This document shows, in pieces, positions 1 to 12,496 of a stretch of 39,600 bases of DNA (position 1 is the stretch's first letter; each line of letters starts with the position of its first letter). Source of the DNA: Squalus acanthias (lineage: Eukaryota); contig JASTWF010000331.1 in NCBI GenBank assembly GCA_030390025.1, forward strand, positions 496,001 through 535,600, read 5' to 3'. Under the pieces are notes generated by a model that ran no database searches, had not been told where the DNA came from, and worked only from the letters and a program-made list of their open reading frames with translations. Both the position numbers and the translations under genes were made by a program.

Positions 1-312
1 TTTTCCATACAGACTGCATTTGACACATTAGACCCCCTGTGACCCCACCTCATTGTCTCAGTTGTATTTTGCTATGTCTTTGATATAATGTCTTCCTGAG
101 CTGATTGTCTCTCTGCTGAGGTGTGACGAAAGGCAGTCAGAAGGATTAAATGTAGTCGTCTGACATTGTACGCTACACATGCATTGTTCTCTGTCTATAT
201 ATGCTTTGCGAATTCGTATTCCTTCACTTCACCTGACGAAGGGGCAGCAGCTCCGAAAGCTTGTGAATTCAAATAAAACAGTTGGACTATAACCTGGTGT
301 TGTGCGACTTCT
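1..312 (+). mobile_element. 3' terminus (pLTR/3'UTR) of a Penelope-like element
   Basis: Similar to 34050-34276, which directly follows a PLE RT/GIY-YIG ORF. Both share CCTGACGAAGG..GCTCCGAAAGCTTGT..AAATAAA..GTTGGACTATAACCTGGTGTTGTGCGACTT. Confidence 0.85.
228..267 (+). ncRNA. Minimal type-I hammerhead ribozyme (PLE-type)
   Basis: Stem I TTCAC/GTGAA, core CTGACGA, stem II GGGGC-agca-GCTCC, GAAA, palindromic stem III AGCT, cleavage triplet CUU. Confidence 0.85.
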
Positions 313-431
313 CAATGATGAACTCTTCACTTCCATAGAATACTGTCTTTAACTTTCCACCCAGTATCAGATCTTTTGAGCGTTCTGAATATTTACTCAG
401 CACAATTTCTGCCACGTATACTATGCTGTCT

Positions 432-622
432 CCCGCGGGTCTATGTTGGGACTACTGCTCTTCTTGATATATATTAATGACCTTGACCGTTATGGAGGGC
501 ATAATTTCAGAGTTTGCGGATAAGTTAAATCTTGTAAATGTAGTAAACAGTGAGGAGGACAGTGCCAGTCTTCAGAAGGACACAGAGAGATTAGTGAAAT
601 GGGCAGACATTAAGCAGATGAC
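432..622 (+). mobile_element. CR1 LINE RT fragment
   Basis: Degenerate GSxLG.LLFLIYINDL...FAD motif. Confidence 0.7.
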
Positions 623-659
623 ATGAAGACTGACCACTACCTCAGCCCTGTCCTCTCTC

Positions 660-1035
660 TCCTAAAGACGATCCCTTTTTTGCCCCTAATCGGCCCCACC
701 TTTCATTTGACTATCTTTTTACTCTTTAAATGTTTAAAAAATAATGTTGTGTTCCCTTTTACCCTACATTTTATTTGCCCCCTCTTATTTCTATTGTCAG
801 TTCCGCTCTGCACTCTTTAAATGCATCTTGGTTCTCTAATGTAACGTGAACCTGACAGTTATCATGAGCCTGATTTTTCCGCTTTATTTTATCCTCAGTT
901 TCTTCGGTCATCAAGGGAACTCCAGCTTTGGAAGACCGTCCTTTGCCCCTCTAGGAATGTGTCTAATTTTTGACCGTACTATCTCCTCTTTGAAGACTTC
1001 TCGTAAGTCATTTACGGTTTTGCCAGCCAACTTCT
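660..1035 (-). mobile_element. Decayed CR1-like ORF2 fragment (EN-RT linker)
   Basis: Resembles the linker region of other CR1 copies in the window; no clean ORF. Confidence 0.45.
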
Positions 1036-2024
1036 GATTAATTATTAGTAGGATAGAAAATACTGTCTACTGTTTATTGAACAGTAAGGTTTATTATGTC
1101 AACCGAGTAAAGTCATCCAATTTATATCGGACATCAGGGATAAATCAACTTAGGTTTTTATTAATATTAACAGAAAGCGCAGGCAGGACATACTTCTATA
1201 CATATTTCTAACCAATCTAGGCGATTATATCGATATGGAATACGAAAGAATGACTGAAAGTGAACGTATTTCTACACATAGAAGAACAATGCCAGATGGC
1301 TTGTTCGAAACATATCAATGCTGTAATTATTAACATGTGATCATTAATTGTAACATGCGGCGACAGAAGCAGTTGGTAATGTCGTGACAAATACACTCAA
1401 CTCTCAATGGAATGTTTGATTTATTTATGTAGAAGGTAACACAATTGTGCATGGTTCTACTCACCGCACGGTACCAGTATAATTGCCACTGAAACATTAA
1501 CCTGTTGCCTTCAAACTAACTATAATTATGACAAAAACCCTTTTTTAGGCTTCTTAAATTGCATTAACCTGACTTTTGAATTGTTCATCTGTGTTTTCTT
1601 TTTATTATATACTATTCTACAGAGAGCTGCAACTATACAATGAGTTAGCGTCTTACAGACTGGAGAGTGGTGAAACGGAGGACTGAATACCGGAATCACA
1701 TAATGCAGAGGGCTGTAACTGTGGGCTGAGTTATGGACTCGCACTCAAGAAAGGCACGTAACTGTGGACTGAATTATGGACTTCGTCTAGGGAAGGGAGT
1801 ACCGGTAGAATGGCTTAGGGTCTCACAGGCTAGAGAGGGCTGTAACTGTGGGCTGGATAGATCCGTTATGTTGGTGTTAATTAAATGTTGTCCAATCGAT
1901 CTTCTATCAATATATTTTATGGAATTATTGTATAAATTAACAGGTTTAAACTTTGTTTCATTTCATGTTAATTTACTGAACTAAAAATAAAATATACATG
2001 AGAAGACTCAATAATAATCCATTT

Positions 2025-2686
2025 CATGCAGTGAAGAAGGCAAATGGTATGTTGGCCTTCATAGCGAAAGGTTTTGAGTATAGGAACAGGGATGTTCTGC
2101 TACAGTTGTACAGGGCCTTGGTGAGACCACATCTTGAGCACTTTGTGCAGTTTTGGTCGCCTTATCTGAGGAAGGATGCTCTTGCCATGGAAGGAGTTCA
2201 GCGAAGAATCACAAGGCTGATACATGGGATAGCAGGAATGACATATGACGAGAGATTGGGTCGATTGTGCTTATACTCGCTGGAGTTTAGAAGAATGAGA
2301 GGGGATCTCATCGAAACATATAAAATTCTGACAGGTCTGAACATACTAGATGCAGGAAGGATGTTCCCGATGGTCGGAGAGTCCAGAACCAGGGGTCATA
2401 ATCTAAAGATAAGCCATTTAGGACAGAAATGAGGAAGAATTTCATCACCCAGAGAGTACTGAACGAATGGAATTCTCTACCACAGAAGGTAGTTGAAAAC
2501 CAAGTCATTAAATATTTTCAAGAATGAGCTATTTATATTTCTTAAGGCTAAAGGTATCAAGGGATATGGGGAGAAAGCAGGGACAGGGTACTGAGTTTGG
2601 ATGATCAGCCATGATCTCATCGAATGGTGGAGCAGCCTCGAGGGGCCGAATGGACTACTGCTGCTCCTATATTCTATGTTTCTATG
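2025..2686 (+). mobile_element. 5'-truncated CR1 LINE (ORF2 C-terminus, 3'UTR, TTCTATG tail)
   Basis: ORF with LYRALVRPHLE..VQFWSPY..RRMRGDLIETYKI; ends in ttctatgtttctatg. Confidence 0.92.
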
Positions 2687-3208
2687 AGCTTAAGCGCTCA
2701 AGAGGTGCGATATCTCGAAACCTGTTTATAAAATAGCCATTGACTATAACTCGAATCCGAGTTCATGTTGCAGCTCCCTTCAATAAGCTATAAGGAAGTG
2801 TATGAAGTGAATTATCGTAGTGGATCGCAGACGGGGGTCGGATTGAGGGAACGTTCGATGGAGTGGTTGCAGTCGGACGGGGAAGGGAAAGTTCAGCTTC
2901 CTGTGTGGCGGGGTCAGGTGGATGCAGGCTCGGAAAAAGGTGGGGGTACAGTGCGGACTTGGCTGGGGTGCGAGGGTCCCTGGCTGCCCCGGGGCGGTTG
3001 ATTGGATTCATTGCGCTTGGCGCTGGTTACCGAGTTCGGTCCCCAAGCACCCGGCCCCGGATTAGTATTCCTCTGGAACCGTTAGTGCAGGATCCGCGCT
3101 GCCCCGCAGCCGCTCCTTGGAATGTGCAGAGTCGCCGGCCAACAGCTTTTCCAGAAACTTCTGTTTCATTAATGCTCAGTAAAACAACGTGTGACTGGAA
3201 GTAGGAAC

Positions 3209-3471
3209 CTCCCCGCACAGACTGTGAGACAAACTGTCCTCTCCCCATAGAGACTGTGAGACAAACTGACCCCTCCCCACACATACTCTAAGACAAACTG
3301 TTCCCTCCCCACACAGACTGTGAGACAAACAATCCCCTCCCCACACAGACTGTGAGACAAACTGTCCCCTCTCCACACATAATGTAAGACAAACTGTCCC
3401 CTCCCCACACAGACAGTGAGACAAACTGTCCCACCAAAGTCTGTGGGACAAACTGTCCCCCATCGCCCCAC
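3209..3471. repeat. 32-bp minisatellite, about 8 units
   Basis: Unit CCCCACACAGACTGTGAGACAAACTGTCCCCT; GAGAC recurs at 3226 and 3258. Confidence 0.92.
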
Positions 3472-3540
3472 AATTTTTATATAGAAAAAAAATAATTGTG
3501 CTGATTGCGTTACAGTGGCACGTGAATTTTTATAATTCTT

Positions 3541-4053
3541 GGTATGGAGAGAGTGCAGCGAAGAATCTCCAGACTGATACCTGGGATGGCAGCAATGATG
3601 TATGAAGAGAGATTTGGTCGATTAGGCTTGCATTAGCTAGAGTTTAGAAGAATGAGAGGGGATCTCATTGAAACTTATAAAATTATAACAGGACTAGACA
3701 GACTAGATGCAGGAAGGCTGTTTCCGATGGCGGGGGAGTCCAGAACCAGAGGTCACAGTCTAAGGATAAGGGGTAAGCCATTTAGGACTGAGATGAGGTG
3801 GAATTTCTTCACCCAGACAGTTGTGAAGATTTGGAATTCTCTACCACAGAAGAAGTTGAGACCAATTCATTCAATATATTCAAGAATGAGTTAGATATAT
3901 TTTTTAAGGCTAAGGGGATCAAGGGATATGGGGAGAAAGCAGGGACAGGGTACAGATTTGGGATGATCAGCTATGATCTCATTAAATGGCGGAGCAGGCT
4001 CGAGGGTCGAATGGCCTACTCCTGCTCCTATCTTCTATGTTTCTATGTTTCTA
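3541..4053 (+). mobile_element. 5'-truncated CR1 LINE 3' end
   Basis: MRGDLIETYKII..RTRGHSLRI; (TTCTATG)n tail; homologous to 2185-2686. Confidence 0.92.
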
Positions 4054-4150
4054 TAACAGAGGAGTGGAAGCTGAGCAGCAAGAAGGTTGAGATCCCCTGA
4101 GTTATCCGGCTGGAATCAGAACCGTCGCTAAAATTATTCGGATTTTTTAA

Positions 4151-5048
4151 TTATTTAACTAATTTAATAATAAGTCTGAATGGGTATTTCGCCGTTTTCT
4201 TCAGCTCTTCCCTGAATTTAGCCTGGGTGATGACATAGATACATGTGTTGGTGCAGGAACTGAGTAGCTGCAGCATCACTCCGGTCCTTTCAGTGATATA
4301 TAGAGGGTCGTGGGTGGAGTAATGATAATTGTTTGTAATTCGCTGATAGGTGTAGAATACAATTTCTGTCACCCATAACAGTATGAAACTGCCGGATATA
4401 CTGAAGAGTAAGACGATGGATTTCCTCCGGTTCTCCATCTCTGGATCCTCCTGATTCTCTCCATTGCTGCGGCCCCGGAGTCCCCTGCGGACACTACTGG
4501 CTGCTAAAATGTGCCTGGCGGTGAGAACATTGAACAACAAAACGAAAACAAAAGGGAGGCACGGGGTTACAATATAAAACGTTAATTCAAATGCTGCCCA
4601 TGTGGGCGAGATGTAAAAGCTTCGTTTTCTCGAGCAACCCAAGGCACAGTTCCAATGATATGCTGAGGTTCGTATGTAAAGTACCAAGGTACAGATTTTA
4701 TACAGCCCAGCACACTCACTGTTCCGATAACCACAGCCGCAGTTTTCCCGGTGCAATATTTGTTTTTCAGCTTCTGGCAGCAAATGGCCACAAATCGATC
4801 AAAGGTGAAAGCAACTGTGAGCCAGACAGAAATCACCGTGGTTGCAAAAACCAGCACAATATTCAGAGAACACACGAAAGTAATGGAGAGGAAAGAACGT
4901 GGGAAAAAGATGTCTGCTAACCGCCACATCAGCACCTCAGTGACGAGGACCAGGAGATCGGCCGCTGCCATGGCCACCAAGTATCGGGTGATACACTGGG
5001 AGAGACCGCACTTACCCCGGGAAAGGATCACAATCGCCATCACATTAA
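4151..5048 (-). pseudogene. Class A GPCR, GPR139/GPR142-like, main coding exon with one frameshift
   Basis: Two overlapping ORFs give TM1-TM7: AIVILSRGKCGLS, YLVAMAAADLL, TVAFTFDRFVAIC, PEMENRRKSI, SSCTNTCIY, stop at 4151. Splice acceptor tttttctctctcttacAG (AG at 5050-5049). Frame switch at GGG 4638-4640. Confidence 0.88.
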
Positions 5049-5649
5049 CTGTAAGAGAGAGAAAAACGGCACGGGAAATTACACCTCAGACGTCCAACAA
5101 AATAATTGGATTAACGGGATCGTGTGCGAAATATAGAGGAGAGTTCTTGCACCCAATGGAGAAAACTGACAACGCCGCTTTCACAAGTCTTGACAATGAG
5201 ATCTCCGGCACATTGCTTCCTATCCGCCCAGAATCACCTACCCGATCATTAATGGAAGTCTGAGGGGCTCATGCTGACACGGATAGGTGGAATCTCAATA
5301 TAGGTTGAGAAGGGCGAAGGGACCAATGCAGATTGGGCTGGAGGTGCGACTACTGCAGACACGGGATGGGGAGGGGATGAACAGGCAGAGAAGTGTGAGG
5401 TCCAACCCAGACTGAAGGGAGGGTGGAAGACTGATGCAGACAGAATAGGGTGAGATCCATGCCAGGCAAGGGGAGAGTGACGGACTAATGAAGAGGAGGG
5501 TGGGTTCAATGCAGACCTGCGAAGGGTAGGGTCAAATACAAACTGAGGTAGGCTGGGGGTCCAATGCAAACCAGGGAAGGTTGCCGGACTAATGTAGACA
5601 GGGGAGAGTGGGGGAAGAATGCAGAAACTGGAAGAAAGGGGCCCGATGT

Positions 5650-7130
5650 AGAGAGTGGAGGGTGGGGTTCCATTACAGACAGTGGAGACTGGGGTCCATT
5701 ACAGAGAGGGGTGGGGGATTAATACAGAGAGTGGAGGGTGGGGGTCCATTACAGACAGGGGTGGGTTATTAATGCAGACAGTGGAGGGTGAGGGCCCATT
5801 ACAGACAGGTGAGGGGGATAAATGCAGACAGAGGAGGAAGTGGGTACATTACAGACAGGGCTGCGGGATTAATGCAGACAGTGGAGGGTGTGGGTCCATT
5901 ACAAACAGGGGTGGGGGATTAATGCAGACAGTGAAGGGTGTGGGTCCGTTACAGACAGGGGTGGGGGATTAATGCAGACAGGGGAGGGAGTGGGTACATT
6001 ACAGACAGGGATGCGGGATTAATGCAGACAGTGTAGGGTGAGGGTGCATTACAGACAGGGGTGTGGGATTAATGCAGACAGTGAAGGGTGTGGGTCCGTT
6101 ACAGACAGGGGTGGGGGATTAATGCAGACAGGGGAGGGAGTGGGTACATTACAGACAGGGGTGCGGGATTAATGCAGACAGTGTAGGGTGAGGGTGCATT
6201 ACAGACAGGGGTGTGGGATTAATGCAGTCAGTGGAGGCAGTGGGTACATTACAGACAGGGGTGGGGGATTAATGCAGACAGTCGAGGGAGTGGGTACATT
6301 ACAGACAGGGGTGGGAGATTAATGCAGACAGGGGAGGGAGTGGGTACATTACAGACAGGGGTGCGGGATTAATGCAGACAGTGGAGGGAGTCAGTACATT
6401 ACAGACAGGGATGTGGGATTAATGCAGACAGTGGACGGTGAGGGTCCATTACAGACAGTGTTGGGGGATTAATTCAGACTGTGGAGGGTGTGGGTCCATT
6501 CCAAACAGGGTTGGGGGATTAATGCAGACAGTGGAGGGTGTGGGTCCATTACAGACAGGGGTGGAGTATTAATGCAGACAGTGGAGAGTGAGGGTAGAAT
6601 ACCGACAGGGGTGTGGGATTAATGCGGACAGTGGAGGGTGTGGGTCCATTACAGACAGGGGTGGAGTATTAATGCAGACAGTGGAGAGTGAGGGTAGAAT
6701 ACCGACAGGGGTGTGGGATTAATGCGGACAGTGGAGGGTGTGGGTCCATTACAGACAGGGGTGGGGGATTAATGCAGACAGTGGAGGGTGTGGGTCCATT
6801 ACAGGCAGGGGTGGGGGCTAAATGCAGACAGGGGAGGGTATGGATCCATTAAAGACAGGGGTGTGGGATTAATGCAGACAGTGGAGGAAATGGGTTTATT
6901 ACAGACAGGGGTGGGAGATTAATACAGACAGTGGAGGGTATGGGTCCATTAAAGACAGGGGTGGGGGATTAATGCAGGCAGTAGAGGGTGTGGGTCCATT
7001 ACAGACAGGGGTGCGGAATTATTGCAGACAGTGGAGAGAGAGGGTACATTACAGACAGGGGTGGGGGATTAATGCAGACAGTGGAAGGTGTGGGTCCATT
7101 ACAGAAAGGGGTGGGGGATGAATGCAGACC
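5650..7130. repeat. 50-bp G-rich minisatellite, about 29 units
   Basis: AATGCAGACA or close variants recur every 50 bp from 5771 to 7121; unit GATTAATGCAGACAGTGGAGGGTGTGGGTCCATTACAGACAGGGGTGGGG. Confidence 0.97.
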
Positions 7131-7373
7131 AGGTGACAGGGAGCGACCAAAGCAGGGCTTAAAATCTCTAATTCTCCAATGTGTAGGAAAGTAGCTATGA
7201 AATGGTGCTGATGTCTGAGTACTTCTCCGTCCCTGTTTGGCAGCCCCAATATTTGTGAGACATTGTCAGGATTCCAGCCTGCAGTGAGGGACGGAGATGG
7301 CCAGAGTGATTCTCAAGGACAAGCGGGAGAAGGAGCAGGAGATGTGTCCAGCGCCCCATCTGGTTAGACAATG

Positions 7374-8085
7374 AGCCAGAAATTCGGCTTCCCGCTTTCC
7401 TGCGGTTGCAAGCATTGCGCGCGTACTTGCCTACCGCGCCTGCCGTTGTGCTTTGGGCCCAGGAGGACTTCGGGTCCTGGGCCTCCTCCAGCTGTCGGCG
7501 TGCAGTGCTCGCGTATCCCAGGGGTGCAGTTAGTTTAAGCGTCCCCTGGAGACACGTGGGCCATGGAGAGCCAATCCTAACAGGGCATTTTCATTCATAG
7601 ATTTGCCAGCAAGACCTGTCAAATCTATGAATAGAGATCGGACCCTTAAACCACACTTAAACTTCAAATACATTTTAAAAAACATCAAATTTTTTAAGTA
7701 ACTATAAGTAACACAAATTAGCTGCTTTAAACTGAAATGTAAATTTTTGAAAAAATTAATTATACTTTTTAACGGTGCTAAAAATAAACTTACCTTTCTT
7801 TAAAGTATCTAAAAAAGATAAACCTGATGAAAAAATGTTTAAATTGTAATTAATTAACCACTTACCTTGTTAAAAACAGGCCTTGCGCCTACTTTTTAAA
7901 AGTGCAGCTTCGCCATACTTACCCTCCTGGAGAAACCTGAAAAAAAAAACGAAGTTCGCTGCGAGCGCGCAGCCTCTCCCGCGCACGCGTTCGACTTCTG
8001 AACCCCTTCCTTCAGGGGAACGCAAGTTCCGGTTTCCCGCGCATGCGCAGTGCATGCAGAAAACCGGCACTTCAGGTGGCCTGAG
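7374..8085. mobile_element. Probable non-autonomous DNA transposon (MITE-like) remnant
   Basis: CpG-rich arms around an AT-rich core and a hairpin at 8024-8072; TIRs not cleanly resolvable. Confidence 0.4.
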
Positions 8086-8423
8086 GGATGAGTGCACAGT
8101 TCACTGCATTAATTCTATAAAATGGCAATATCTAATTATTAAATCAAGTCAAAATGATTTAATTATAAAAATCCATTTAATGACAGAATTAGAAAGTTGG
8201 TGGTACTGCTGCGCATCTTTAATGAAGCTGTGATCAGAAATGTAAGTGTCTGTTAAAATATACCGGTAAAACTCCAACATTTGTTCATGCTGGGTTACTC
8301 GCCTAGATATGAAGTGTATAACATTATCGCTTTTATAAATTCCATTGAAGAAGCAATCTGTTTTTGTACAGCGCATTTCACAGTCAAAGGCTATCAGAAA
8401 CGAATTCACAAAATTTGAATTAA

Positions 8424-8575
8424 TTCTGAAGTGTAGTCACTGCGGTAAAGTAGGGAAGGGATGCAGCCAATTTACGTATAAACATGTCCCATTAACATCA
8501 ATGTGATAACCCCGAGATAATCAGTTTTTGGAGGTGCTGGTTGTGACTAATGTTGGCCAGGGCACTACGAGCACT
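8424..8575 (-). mobile_element. DeuSINE-like (SacSINE1/AmnSINE-type) fragment
   Basis: TGAAGTGTAGTCACTG..GCAGCCAATT..AATGTGATAA..GATAATC..TGTTGGCCAGG resembles the recalled Deu-domain consensus in reverse. Confidence 0.5.
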
Positions 8576-8777
8576 CCGAATTCAACAGTTTATCGCTTGA
8601 AATAGTAATCCTGATAACTGGAGATATCAGAAACAAAGCACAGACTGCACATGCTGAATTATGCCTCAAAGGTAATGTCCAAATAACCTTGCTGCTCACA
8701 GCCTCCGTCTGATAATTGCGTTATGAAGCAACTCGTGACGGTAATCGTGCAAGCATCCCATGAACTAATAAAAACAA

Positions 8778-8922
8778 TAATCCACTAACACCGCTCCTAC
8801 CCCGGAGATCCAGAGACAGTAATCCACTAACACCGCTCCTATCACGGAGATCCAGAGACAGTAATCCACTGACACCGCCCCAATCCCGGAGATCCAGAGA
8901 CAGTAATCCACTAATACTGGTC
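8778..8922. repeat. 42-bp tandem repeat, about 3.4 units
   Basis: AATCCACT at 8779, 8821, 8863 and 8905. Confidence 0.92.
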
Positions 8923-10699
8923 CTGTAGTGTAGAGCCAGTGAGAGTTAGCAATAAATGTTTAATTATGAAATTGAATGAAATTAATAATGAAGAGCTACA
9001 CTTCATTGATTGAATGATTGAATATATTTCACACTCATTTGCGAATGTTACTCTTATACTTGCCCGTAGACATTCAATGTGAATTTTAATCGAGATTTAC
9101 TGTAAATTAGTGAGCCAATAACGCACCGCCTTCGTCAGAGCATTTTGGACCCTGCGTGAACATGACAAGCAACCGTGTATCGCTTTCCCCAATTAGATTG
9201 ATGAAATGTTAATGCGCAGAGCAGAGTCTGAATCAGGAATTGTCAGTTAAAATATTGAATTTAACGTCAATGTAGATTCAGAAAGAGAAATAAAGAGAGG
9301 GAAAGAAAGATTGGTTTAAGAGTGAGACTAAAAATGTAGAAATAAAAAGTAAAACGAATAAATACATTATTAAACTTTTCGTATATCCAACAATAGTTAA
9401 AATCTGAAGGAATGTGACTGCACACTTGTAGAGGCTAATTTTCTTGTTAGGAATGTTGTTTCGCAGTATTTAAGGCTTAATACGCCGTTTAAAATTGCTG
9501 TTCCACTGGAATGGACAAGCCCTAACGTTTTCTGTCGAGTTTAATGCCTATCCAAGGACAGCAACTTCACGCCGTCGAAGATACCAGTCGGCGAGATGTC
9601 GTTTTCGTGAAGCTTTTGGAGGAACGTCGCATCTCGTAAAGCAGCTTCCGGAATCCCGGGTTCAACTGCGCATGAGCCATGGATAGAAGTTGCTTTCCGA
9701 TTACTACCTAAATAACGGTGAGTGCTGTTAGCCTCGCCATTATATCTGAAGAAAAAGCCACACTGACAATTAAGAAGCGATTGTATGAGAAACCACGGCA
9801 AGACAGGTTACTACATCGGTAGACAGGCACCACGAGCAGTTTACCAGATAAAGCCCATTAGTAATTACCTACGACATACCGAGGACTCCAAAAGCGACGA
9901 GAACTGGGTAGTAAATGCACTCTATAAGGCGAACAGCTACAAACTCTTGCTCCATTTTCTGTGTGAAGTGACAATTTGTTGCGGGGCTGAAGCTGGGAGT
10001 CTCACCGCCTCATTCACTGTGAAGGCGACATTGAGAGGAGCCCCAATTTATACAGAGAGAAGCCTCCGCTGAGACACTGAGCTTGCAGCATCAGCTCATT
10101 AGTGTCACCCACGAAGCGCAGCGCATGAAGACAACAACTGTCCCTGTGAGACATATTGTGCAACAGAAAGGAATGAAAATATTACAGCCAGACGTATTAT
10201 TAAATGCAACATCGCTTACTTCATGCAATTCTCGAAATGCCTGTTGATGTTCGAGGTCAGCGCACGGGCTCAGTACAAATTATTATGCGGGCATTACCCC
10301 ATGTGTTTGAAATACGTTCAGGCTTCCGTCAACAGAGACAGCAGAGGGATCCCCGCTAACATCCCACACAGTAGTTGCTTGTTTTAAATTCCATGATGGG
10401 ATATTAACTGCTACCCAGGCAGGTAAAGGGATGCATTTACCTGTATGACCTGACCTTCAACATTGAGGTATCTGGAAAGAACTAAGAGTGTTGATTCTGT
10501 TTGAACAGAGCTGGGATATTTAAATGTGGCCTCTTTGCTACTGTGTCCTTTTAGAGCCTCAGTTTTTACAAAGCGGCACCACAACTAAGATCACAAATTA
10601 AGCACGTGGCCACAGATATCTTTCAGTTGGGACACATCAGGGGAGGTCGATGCACATCTGAAAAATCGCGATATATTCTCACAGATGTCGGTAGCGGTT

Positions 10700-11169
10700 G
10701 TCGAGTCATAACGGCACAGAAGGAGGCCATTCGGCCCATCGAGTACGTGCTGGCACTCAGTGGAGTAATCCAGTCAGTCCGATTGCCCCGTTTTATCCCC
10801 GTAGCCCTGCAAGTTTATTTCCCTCAAGAGCCTATCCAGTCTCCCCTTGAAAACATTGAGCGTCTGTGCATCCATCACTTCCATCGGCAGTGAGTTCCAG
10901 GTCCTCACCACTCAATGCGTAAAAAACGTTTTTCCTCACATATCACTGTATCTCTTGCCCCAAATCTTTAAATCTGTGTCCCCTAGTCCTTGTACCATCA
11001 ACTAGTGGGAACACCCTTTTCCCGCCTAGCCAATCCAACCCCGTCATAACCTTGTACACCTCTATCAAATCAGCCCTCAACCTCCTTTGCTCTAATGAAA
11101 ACAAATCCAGCTTCTCCAACCTCTCATTGTAGGTAAGATCCCCCATCCCCGGAACCATTCTGGTAAATC
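10700..11169 (-). mobile_element. CR1 LINE 3' part, split by a nested CR1
   Basis: ORF LFSLEQRRLRADLIEVYK..TRTRGHRFK; continues at 12075-12360. Confidence 0.85.
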
Positions 11170-12074
11170 GGCTGTGTGGTTGATACTGAAGAAGGAAGCA
11201 GCAGACTGTAGGAAGATATAAATAAATTGGTCAGGTGGCCAGTGACAAATGGAATTCAATCCGGAGAAGTGTTTGGTAATGCATTTGGGGAGGGCTAACA
11301 AGGAAAGGGAATCCACATTAAATGGTAGGATACTGAGTAGTGTAGACGAACAAAGGGACCTTGGAGTGCATGTCCACACATCCCTGAAGGTAGCAGGCCA
11401 GGTAGATAGGGTGGTTAAGAAGGCATACGGAATGCTTGCCTTTATTAGCCGTGGCATAGAATACAAGAGCAGGGGTGTTATGCTTCAACTGCATAAAACA
11501 CTAGATAGGCCTCAGCTAGAGTACTGCGTACAGTTCTGATCACCACATTACAGGAAAGATGTGATTGCACTACAGAGGGTTCAGAGGAGATTTACAAGGA
11601 TGTTGCCAGAAGTAGAGAATCTTAGCTATAAGGATAGGCTGGATAGGCTGGGTCTGTTTTCCTTGGAATCGAGGAGGCTGAGGGGAGACAATATTGAGGT
11701 GTATAAAATTATGAGGGGCATAGATGAAGTGAATGGAAAGGATATATTTCCCTTAACAGAGGGGTCAAAAACAAGGGTGCACAGATTTAAAGTAATTGGG
11801 GCAAGGTTTAGTGGCGATTTGATGGGAAATTTCTTCACCCAGATGATTGTGGGGGTCTAAAACTCACTGCCTGAAAGGGTGGTAGAGGCAGGAACCATAA
11901 CCACATTTAAAAAGTACTTGGATGCGCACTTGGGATGCTCTAACCTGCAGGGCTACGGACCAAGAGCTGGGAAGTGGGATTAGGCAGCATAGCTCTTTGT
12001 TGGCCGGCGTGGACACGATGGGCCGAAATGGCCTCCTTACATGCTGTAAATTACCATGATTCTATGATTCTATG
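11170..12074 (+). mobile_element. 5'-truncated CR1 LINE inserted into an opposite-strand CR1
   Basis: MEFNPEKC..QRDLGV..RPQLEYCVQF; (ATTCTATG)n tail. Confidence 0.9.
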
Positions 12075-12360
12075 GAATCTCCTGTGGACCCTTTCAAGGG
12101 CCGTCACGTCCTTCCCAAAGTTTGGTGACCAGAACTGGACGCAATACTCCAGGTGTGGCCTAACCACCGCTTTATAAATGTTCAGCGTAATTTCTCTACT
12201 TTTGTGCTAAATACCTCTATTTATGATTTAGGATAACCACTCTCTCATTATGACCCGCCAGTTGAGGAACTATGCACATTAACTCCCAGGCCCCTCTGTT
12301 CCGGCAAACACTTAAAAACTGTGCCATTAAGTTTATATTGCCTCTCTATTGCATCAGCAT
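12075..12360 (-). mobile_element. CR1 LINE fragment, upstream continuation of 10700-11169
   Basis: The reverse strand reads VRPHLEYCVQFWSP..EQRGLGVNVH; it joins to ...ATTCTGGTAAATC across the insertion. Confidence 0.8.
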
Positions 12361-12496
12361 ATTGTCCAACATCTGACTGAGGGTATAACTCTTGTAGTGC
12401 GTACATTGGTAATGGGGCTGAGAATAGAGACCGTTTATCCAAACAGTGTGTTTACTGGTAATGGGGGTGATGACAGAGACGGTTTATCCGCACATT

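Noticed and set aside
1040..1510. Possible minus-strand mini-exons (VDSIFYP-like at ~1055-1080; G|GTGAGT donor at ~1460)
   Set aside because: In-frame stop or weak acceptor, and too short to support.
2765..3204. Overlapping short ORFs in a mildly CpG-rich patch
   Set aside because: No recognisable domain or splice structure; function cannot be assigned from sequence.
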